Below are positions 56,042-64,000 of a DNA stretch of 64,000 nucleotides, piece after piece. A program made the translations under genes and the position numbers. Source of the stretch: Synergistota bacterium (lineage in GTDB: Bacteria > Synergistota > GBS-1); contig JANXBX010000010.1 in the NCBI GenBank assembly GCA_025060595.1, positions 2,193 through 66,192 on the forward strand, read 5' to 3'. Position 1 is the stretch's first letter; every line of letters starts with the position of its first letter. The notes beneath the pieces are model-generated. The model had not been told where the DNA came from. It saw only the letters and a list, made by a program, of their open reading frames with translations, and did no database searches.

Positions 56042-57494
56042 GAAGTTAATTTTTGAACTGGGTAGAAGGGACAGGGAAGGGGTATCGGTTCCTCAGGATG
56101 AACTTAAAACTTTAAATATAGAAGAACTGCTACCTAAAGACTTTTTAAGGGATAAACAGCCATGTTTACCCGAAGTAAGCGAAATAGAAGTGGTCAGGCA
56201 CTATACAAGACTATCTCAATTGAATTTTTGTGTTGATACCCATTTCTATCCTCTTGGCTCATGTACAATGAAATACAATCCAAGGATAGGAGAAAAACTC
56301 TCTTCTTTAAGTGAATTTACGAACTTGCACCCCTATGAACCTGAAGAACTCGTTCAAGGAGCTCTAAAAATTATGTTCGAACTTGGAAAATACTTATGTG
56401 AAATTGGAGGGTTTGACGCCATAACATTACAACCCTCAGCAGGAGCACATGGAGAACTTACCGGCTTACTCCTTATAAGAGCATATCATGAATATAAGGG
56501 TAAAAAAAGAAGCAAAGTTATAATACCAGATTCAGCACATGGTACCAATCCTGCTTCTTGCACCTTAGCCGGATATAAAGCAATAGAAATAAAATCTGGT
56601 AAAGATGGCTGCATAGATATAGATAGGTTACGGGAAGAACTCGATGAAGAGGTAGCTGCTGTAATGATAACTAATCCTAACACTCTTGGAATATTTGAAG
56701 AAAATATACTTAAAATTGCTGAGTTAACACACTCTGTAGGTGCACTTCTTTATGGAGACGGAGCTAATATGAACGCTTTAATGGGGATAAGCCGTCCAGG
56801 TGACATGGGATTTGACGTACTACACTTTAACTTACATAAAACCTTTAGTGCACCTCACGGTGGAGGAGGACCTGGTTCAGGACCAGTCGCTGTTAAAAGG
56901 GACCTAGAACCCTTTTTACCTGTACCGGTAATAGTTGAAAGAGATGGTAAGTACCATCTGGATTATAATAGACCCTTAAGCATAGGGAAGGTAAAAAGCT
57001 TCTATGGTAATTTTCCCGTAATGTTAAAGGCCTATATATATATAAGGATGATGGGAAGCGAGGGCTTGAAAAAGGCTTCTGAAAATGCTGTGTTAAATGC
57101 AAGATATATCATAAGCAAAGTTAAAAATGATTATGACCTACCTTATGATAAACCACCCATGCATGAAGGTGTTATATCAGGGAGGAAATTTAAAGAATAT
57201 GGGATAAAAACATTAGATATAGCTAAACGTCTTCTTGATTATGGATTTCATCCACCAACAATATACTTCCCACTTATAGTCGAAGAAGCGCTAATGATTG
57301 AACCAACGGAAACTGAAACTAAAGAAACTTTAGATGCCTTTATAAACGCTATGCTTAATATAGCAAATGAGGCTAAAAACAACCCTGAGCTACTTAAAAA
57401 CGCTCCCCATAAAACACCTGTAAGAAGACTGGACGAGGTTAAAGCAGCAAGAGATCTAAAATTAAGATGGGTTGAAAATAAGGGGGGTCTCTAA
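56034..57494 (+). CDS. gcvPB: Glycine dehydrogenase (decarboxylating) subunit 2
   Basis: The ORF track starts at TTG 56007. ATG 56034 (MPEKLIFE) follows GGAGGAGG and overlaps the gcvPA stop. The PLP-lysine motif HFNLHKTFSAPHGGGGPG is present. Confidence 0.95.
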   Translation: MPEKLIFELGRRDREGVSVPQDELKTLNIEELLPKDFLRDKQPCLPEVSEIEVVRHYTRLSQLNFCVDTHFYPLGSCTMKYNPRIGEKLSSLSEFTNLHPYEPEELVQGALKIMFELGKYLCEIGGFDAITLQPSAGAHGELTGLLLIRAYHEYKGKKRSKVIIPDSAHGTNPASCTLAGYKAIEIKSGKDGCIDIDRLREELDEEVAAVMITNPNTLGIFEENILKIAELTHSVGALLYGDGANMNALMGISRPGDMGFDVLHFNLHKTFSAPHGGGGPGSGPVAVKRDLEPFLPVPVIVERDGKYHLDYNRPLSIGKVKSFYGNFPVMLKAYIYIRMMGSEGLKKASENAVLNARYIISKVKNDYDLPYDKPPMHEGVISGRKFKEYGIKTLDIAKRLLDYGFHPPTIYFPLIVEEALMIEPTETETKETLDAFINAMLNIANEAKNNPELLKNAPHKTPVRRLDEVKAARDLKLRWVENKGGL

Positions 57495-57514
57495 AGTAGA
57501 GCCCCCTTATTTAT
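57482..57514. terminator. Bidirectional stem-loop terminator shared by the convergent gcvPB and buk
   Basis: GGGGG(T)CTC - 7-nt loop - GAGCCCCC, followed by TTATTTAT on + and TTATTTTC on -. It overlaps both stop codons. Confidence 0.5.
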
Positions 57515-58568
57515 ATATCTTGGCTGCTTCCTCCCCCTTTAAAACTCTTAAAGCTCCTAAAGCTAAAGCTATCATCTCATCCTCACCAGGGTAAACTAAA
57601 ACCGGCGCTATAAACGAAACTCTTTCCTTTATCCAAGATGTTATTCTTTCACTATGAGCCATTCCTCCAGTCAGCACTATAGCATCTATGTCTTTACCTA
57701 AAACTGAGGCCATTTTACCTATCCATTTAGAAACTTGATAAGTCATAGCCTTGAGTACAAGTTCAGCAAACTGGTCCCCAGCATCTATCATCTTCTCTAC
57801 ATCTAATGCGCTATTAGTTCCAAAGTATGCCACTAAACCTCCATTCCCGACTATACGCTTCATAAGAAAATCTAGATCCACTCCCTTTTCAAAAAGATCA
57901 AGAACCTTAGTAGTAGGAATACTTGGACATCTCTCAGGAGTAAACGGACCATCGCCATTTAAAGCATTATTAACATCCACAACCTTTCCTTTTCTATGGG
58001 CTCCAACCGATATTCCACCACCTAGGTGAGCTACAACCAAGTTAACGCTGTTATAATCCTTACCTAGATCACATGCCACTCTTCTTGCTACCGCCTTTTG
58101 ATTCAAAGCATGGAATATGCTTCTTCTGGTAATTTCTTTGAGCCCAGATATTCGAGCTATATCACTAAGCTCATCAACAACCACAGGATCTACTATATAA
58201 GCTGGACAGTTAGCCTCCTTAGCTATCTCATAAGCTAAGATCGCTCCTAAGTTTGATGCATGCTCCCCATACCTGGCGTTCTTTAAATCATCCAAAATCG
58301 CTTCATTAACCAAAAACGTCCCACCTGGTATAGGTTTAAGCAACCCTCCTCTACCTACAACGGCTGAAAGCTCAGCAAGAGATAACTCTTTACTCTTAAG
58401 AAAATTTAAAATTATGTTTTTTCTAAACTGGTACTGATCTATTATTCTAGCATACTTACTTAACTCATCTTTAGGATGTCTCAAAGTCTCTGAGAAAAGC
58501 TCCTTATCCCTATCGAAAATGGCCACTTTCGTAGAGGTAGAACCTGGGTTTATAACCAGGATAAGCAT
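57507..58568 (-). CDS. buk: Butyrate kinase
   Basis: The ORF track starts at TTG 58598. ATG 58568 gives MLILVINPGSTSTK (ASKHA phosphate-1 motif). AHLGGGISVGA, ERCPS and LTGGMAH motifs are present. Confidence 0.93.
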   Translation of the reverse strand: MLILVINPGSTSTKVAIFDRDKELFSETLRHPKDELSKYARIIDQYQFRKNIILNFLKSKELSLAELSAVVGRGGLLKPIPGGTFLVNEAILDDLKNARYGEHASNLGAILAYEIAKEANCPAYIVDPVVVDELSDIARISGLKEITRRSIFHALNQKAVARRVACDLGKDYNSVNLVVAHLGGGISVGAHRKGKVVDVNNALNGDGPFTPERCPSIPTTKVLDLFEKGVDLDFLMKRIVGNGGLVAYFGTNSALDVEKMIDAGDQFAELVLKAMTYQVSKWIGKMASVLGKDIDAIVLTGGMAHSERITSWIKERVSFIAPVLVYPGEDEMIALALGALRVLKGEEAAKIYK

Positions 58569-58585
58569 GGCCTTTTTGAAACTAA

Positions 58586-59482
58586 CTACATAGCACAAAC
58601 AGCGGCTAAAGCTATAGAAAGAAGTTTGGCTTCAGCACTATCAGCTCTTGATGTTAGAACAATGGGAACCTTAGCTCCCATAACGACACTCGCTGTCTTT
58701 GCCCCAGCTATAAAAATCAAAGCTTTATAAAGAACGTTCCCAGCATCTATATCAGGGAGAACCAATATATCCGCTTTTCCTGCAACTTGACTCTCTATCT
58801 TCTTATGCTTAGCCGCTTCCTCTGAAACCGCATTGTCAAGAGCAAATGGTCCATCTATTATACATCCCTTAATTTGACCACGCTGGTTCATTTTAGAAAG
58901 AATAGCCGCATCAATGGTAGCCGGAATTTTAGGATTCACTACTTCAACAGCACTAACTATAGCAACCTTGGGATTATCGTAACCCAACTTGTGCATTACA
59001 TCTACAGCGTTGTTTATAAGATCTACCTTCTGCTCCAACTCGGGAGCAATAGTTATACCAGCATCTGTAATAGCAAAAACACGAGGATAAGTCGAAAGCT
59101 CAAAAAGAGAAACCATAGAAAGAACTCTACCAGTTCTCAAACCTCTTTCCTTATCAAGAACAGCTCTCGCAAGGTCAGCAGTTTGAATATAACCTTTCAT
59201 TAAAAAGTCGCACTTTCCTTCCCTTACGAGATCGACAGCTTTATATGCAGCATCCACAGGTCTAGGGATATCGTAAATCTCGTAGTTGCTCAAATCAATT
59301 TTCAACTCCTCAGCTATTTTTTCAATGGTAGGCTTAGAACCTACCAAGACACCGCTAACGATCTCTCGCTTTCGAGCATCCTCAACAGCCTCAAGAACAT
59401 GAGCATCCTCCGCAGCAGCGACAGCAAGTCGCATTCTTTTACCGCGCGCTATGTCTAACAATTCTAATAAGCTTTTTAGCAA
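58586..59482 (-). CDS. ptb: Phosphate butyryltransferase (PTA_PTB family)
   Basis: 298 aa, TTG start 6 nt after GGAGGTG. MKGYIQTADL, ITDAG, DGPFALDNA and TSRADS motifs. Lies directly upstream of buk. Confidence 0.9.
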   Translation of the reverse strand: MLKSLLELLDIARGKRMRLAVAAAEDAHVLEAVEDARKREIVSGVLVGSKPTIEKIAEELKIDLSNYEIYDIPRPVDAAYKAVDLVREGKCDFLMKGYIQTADLARAVLDKERGLRTGRVLSMVSLFELSTYPRVFAITDAGITIAPELEQKVDLINNAVDVMHKLGYDNPKVAIVSAVEVVNPKIPATIDAAILSKMNQRGQIKGCIIDGPFALDNAVSEEAAKHKKIESQVAGKADILVLPDIDAGNVLYKALIFIAGAKTASVVMGAKVPIVLTSRADSAEAKLLSIALAAVCAM

Positions 59483-61247
<1,765 letters not shown>

Positions 61248-61273
61248 TTAAAAATCTTAAAGGAGGGATGCCC

Positions 61274-61486
61274 ATGGGAAAAGGTGCTGCGGTATTTTGG
61301 GGATGTATAGTTCCATGGTTAGCCTACGTAGTGATCTCTCCCTTCTTCAACTTTTTTGATCCAAAAACGAAAAGCCCTCTGATCTTAGGAATGCCTCCCC
61401 TTATGTTCTGGGACATACTATGGATTATCCTAACACCATTTTGCCTCCTTATTGCCTATAGCATTGAGAAAAAGGGGTGGTCCTAA
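61274..61486 (+). CDS. DUF3311-like small membrane protein preceding an SSS transporter
   Basis: About 70 aa with two hydrophobic helices. The second ATG (61274) is better spaced from AAAGGAGGG than ATG 61268. TAATG overlap with the next gene. Confidence 0.6.
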   Translation: MGKGAAVFWGCIVPWLAYVVISPFFNFFDPKTKSPLILGMPPLMFWDILWIILTPFCLLIAYSIEKKGWS

Positions 61487-62940
61487 TGTCTCAAGCAGCA
61501 ATTGCTTTAACGATAATCTTCGGGTGGATCATATTAACATTAGTAGTCGGGGTTTTAGCAGGAGTTAAAAAGAAGTTTACCCTTGACGGATATCTAGTAT
61601 CTGGAAGATCCCTTAGCTTTATCTTTCTTTACATGCTTCTTGCTGGCGAAATTTATAGCGCTTACGCTTTTCTAGGAACAGCCGGCTGGGCTTATTCTTT
61701 CGGCATGCCTATAATGTACGCTCTAGGATATGGAATTTTGGCTTATGCTTTCGGCTATTTCTTTGCAGAGTATGTTTGGAAAGCTGGAAAGGCTTTCGGG
61801 TTTGTTACACAAGCGGATTTCTTTAAAAAGAGATACAATAGTACCTTTTTAGGAGTATTAGTAGCATTAATAGGCATAGTATTCAATGTACCTTATATTC
61901 AGCTTCAGCTCCAGGGTCTTGGTTATATATTAAATGCAGCATCTTTGGGACAAATATCTATCAACACTGGAATAGTTCTAGGCATGTTAATAATGCTTGC
62001 TTATGTATACACAAGTGGATTAAGAGGAATAGCCTGGACTAACTTCTTACAGTCACTAATGATGTTCATAGTAGCATGGGCAGTGGTATTCGCGATACCT
62101 TTTATTAAGTTTGGTAGCCTTGAAAATCTCATGAAAACTCTGGCAGAGGTTAAACCTGGACATCTTGTTTTATCTGGCAAAATGGGAATACCTTGGTACA
62201 TCTCAACCTTGATCTTATGTGGACTTGGCTTCTTTATGTATCCTCAAATGTGGCCATCTCTATACAGCTCAAAAGATATAAGAGCTCTGAAAAGAACCTA
62301 TGTTGCCCTTCCGTTTTACTCACTATTTATGGTACCAGTAATATTAACAGGTTTAGCAGTAGCAGCATTAAACATGAAAATATCTCCTGCAGATGCTGCA
62401 GTTCTTGAGGGAGTTAAACTAGTATATCCAGAGTGGGTTTTAGGAGTAGTTGGAGCAGCTGGCTTTGCAGCAGCCTCATCAACGGCAAGCGCAATAATAC
62501 TTACCTTAGCTGGTCTACTATCTAAGAACCTTTATGCTCTCGTGAAGAAAGATGCCTCCGATAAGGAATTAGTCCTAGTAAGTAGAATAAGCGTCTTAAT
62601 ATTTGGTCTTTCGGCAATGTTTTTAGCTCTTTACGCTTCTGGAAGATTAGTCGCCCTACTACTTTTGGCCTATGCTGGGATTACACAGATGTTCCCAGGT
62701 GCCTTCCTAGGTTTATTCTTTAAGAGATTTAATAAAACAGCTATCGGAGCAGGAATGATAGCTGGACTCATTACTATAACTTATCTAAGATTCTTCGGTC
62801 CCGGAGACTACTTAGGTATTCATTTTGGTCTATGGGGATTAGCTGTGAATATGATAGTGGTTCTAATAGTAGCAGCTTTAAGCAAAGAGGATGAAAATCT
62901 TAAACCTTTCATGGACGGTATAAAATCTATAAAGCTTTGA
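61486..62940 (+). CDS. Sodium:solute symporter family transporter (substrate unknown)
   Basis: About 484 aa polytopic protein. ATG 61486 follows AAGGGGTGG. The track start is GTG 61477. SSS-type helices (GRSLSF.., AYVYTSGLRGIAWTN). Confidence 0.85.
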   Translation: MSQAAIALTIIFGWIILTLVVGVLAGVKKKFTLDGYLVSGRSLSFIFLYMLLAGEIYSAYAFLGTAGWAYSFGMPIMYALGYGILAYAFGYFFAEYVWKAGKAFGFVTQADFFKKRYNSTFLGVLVALIGIVFNVPYIQLQLQGLGYILNAASLGQISINTGIVLGMLIMLAYVYTSGLRGIAWTNFLQSLMMFIVAWAVVFAIPFIKFGSLENLMKTLAEVKPGHLVLSGKMGIPWYISTLILCGLGFFMYPQMWPSLYSSKDIRALKRTYVALPFYSLFMVPVILTGLAVAALNMKISPADAAVLEGVKLVYPEWVLGVVGAAGFAAASSTASAIILTLAGLLSKNLYALVKKDASDKELVLVSRISVLIFGLSAMFLALYASGRLVALLLLAYAGITQMFPGAFLGLFFKRFNKTAIGAGMIAGLITITYLRFFGPGDYLGIHFGLWGLAVNMIVVLIVAALSKEDENLKPFMDGIKSIKL

Positions 62941-62965
62941 AACAAAGCGACTAAGCACTTAAAAT

Positions 62966-63011
62966 AAGCTCCTGGGGTGATGATATAATAGGCCCCAGGA
63001 GCTTTTATTTT
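62966..63011 (+). terminator. Rho-independent terminator after the SSS transporter gene
   Basis: 12-bp stem aagctcctgggg / ccccaggagctt (62966..62977 and 62993..63004) followed by ttatttt. Confidence 0.75.
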
Positions 63012-63028
63012 AAGGGAGGATATAAAAT

Positions 63029-64000
63029 GTGAATTACAGGAAGGTCGATACTAACATTCTGGAAAAGCTTAAAAAAATATGTGGTGAAAAAGACGTTATA
63101 TATGAGGACAAAGAAAAACTTGAAAGCTACGCCTGTGATGAATCAGGGAAACTCTTCTGTAAGATTCCAGAAGTAGTTGTAAAACCAGAAAATACAGAAG
63201 AAGTTTCCCAGGTAATGGCACTTGCAAATGAATACCTTATTCCGGTAACTCCTCGAGGAGCGGGAAGCGGACTAGCAGGGGCTTCAATTCCAATATGCGG
63301 AGGTATAGTTCTATCTATGGAGAAAATGAACAAGATCATCGAGATAGACAGGATAAATAGGGTTGCCGTAGTCGAACCTGGAGTTATAACTAATGATCTA
63401 TGTAAAAAGGTGGAAGAAGAAGGATTATACTATGCAGGATATCCTATGAGTGTCGGATTAAGCACTATTGGTGGAAACGTAGCAACCAATGCTGGTGGAA
63501 GCAAAGTAATAAGATATGGTAATACGAGAAAACACGTCCTTGGAGCTGAGGTAGTACTTCCTACAGGAGAAATACTAATGCTTGGGGGGAAAAGAAGAAA
63601 GGAAACATGGGGATACGATCTCCTCGATTTACTCATAGGCTCTGAAGGAACCTTATGTATATTTACAAAGCTCATCTTAAATCTAATACCCCTTCCTAAA
63701 AAAACTGTTGACCTTCTGACCCCATTTAAAAGCATTGAAGATGTTATAGAAGCAATTAAAGAAATATTTTTAGAAGCTAAAAACATACCAACAGCAATAG
63801 AATTTATAGACAAACGCTCAATAGATATAGCTAGTAGATATCTTAACCTATCATTACCATTACAAGATAAAGCTCAAGCTTTCCTTATAATACAAATTGA
63901 AGGAAGTTCTAATAAAGAGCTTGAGGATGCTTATGAAAAGGTTGGAAAAGCCTGTCTTAAAAATGGAGCGCTAGATGTTTTCGTTGCAGACAATAGAGCA
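63029..64000 (+). CDS. FAD-linked oxidase (GlcD / D-lactate dehydrogenase-like), N-terminal 324 codons; continues beyond the window end
   Basis: Not in the ORF track because there is no stop. GTG 63029 lies 8 nt after AAGGGAGGA. Manual translation: VNYRKVDTNILEKLKKICGE...VTPRGAGSGLAGA...STIGGNVATNAGG...IGSEGTLCIFTK (FAD_binding_4/PCMH motifs). The minus ORFs 63127..63339 and 63430..63813 are shadows. Confidence 0.85.
   Translation, partial: MNYRKVDTNILEKLKKICGEKDVIYEDKEKLESYACDESGKLFCKIPEVVVKPENTEEVSQVMALANEYLIPVTPRGAGSGLAGASIPICGGIVLSMEKMNKIIEIDRINRVAVVEPGVITNDLCKKVEEEGLYYAGYPMSVGLSTIGGNVATNAGGSKVIRYGNTRKHVLGAEVVLPTGEILMLGGKRRKETWGYDLLDLLIGSEGTLCIFTKLILNLIPLPKKTVDLLTPFKSIEDVIEAIKEIFLEAKNIPTAIEFIDKRSIDIASRYLNLSLPLQDKAQAFLIIQIEGSSNKELEDAYEKVGKACLKNGALDVFVADNRA

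Noticed and set aside
57033-57044. (TA)6 microsatellite
   Set aside because: It lies in frame within gcvPB and encodes the conserved ..AYIYIR.. segment. It is too short to treat as a phase-variation tract.

Overview
This is a core-genome window from a low-GC bacterium that looks like a thermophilic anaerobe. The evidence is GC-rich tRNA stems in AT-rich DNA, K/E/I-rich proteins, strong GGAGG-type Shine-Dalgarno (SD) sites, and Firmicutes-like synteny (tig-clpP-clpX-lon-engB-valS-folC and ileS-lspA-rluD). The taxonomic placement is inference only.

The window holds about 60 tightly packed, often overlapping CDS plus a six-gene tRNA operon (Pro-Gly-Arg-His-Lys-Leu). Content by region:
- 0-8.3 kb: envelope and polysaccharide genes.
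- 8.4-10.6 kb: a TPR/NHL exported protein.
- 12.9-24.3 kb: translation and proteostasis genes.
- 25-28 kb: an RCK-gated channel, RmuC and an HD-GYP protein.
- 28.3-31.9 kb: a redox/cofactor-like operon.
- 33.5-36.5 kb: a TRAP transporter.
- 38-42 kb: the ileS operon.
- 42-51 kb: RqcH, a GGDEF protein, an ADP-ribosylglycohydrolase, an asparaginase, an aminotransferase, an M20 peptidase and PanF.
- 51-57.5 kb: a Cache-PAS-GGDEF sensor fused transcriptionally to gcvT-H-PA-PB.
- 57.5-61.2 kb: tgt, a Buk-like fragment, ptb and buk.
- 61.3-64 kb: a second Na+/solute symporter and a partial GlcD-like oxidase.

I found no CRISPR array, transposase, integrase, prophage, recognisable defence island or riboswitch-sized leader. 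I cannot support a clear-cut novel multi-gene system. The most unusual items are:
- a seamless RdgB(ITPase)::LarE-like fusion inside a five-gene redox/cofactor-like operon;
- two conserved enzymes whose conserved N-termini lie upstream of any canonical start codon (SD+ATC; SD+CTG or an A7-tract frameshift);
- a degenerate half-butyrate-kinase gene;
- a thioredoxin reductase carrying a Cys-less thioredoxin domain;
- a K+-channel homologue with a GYK filter.
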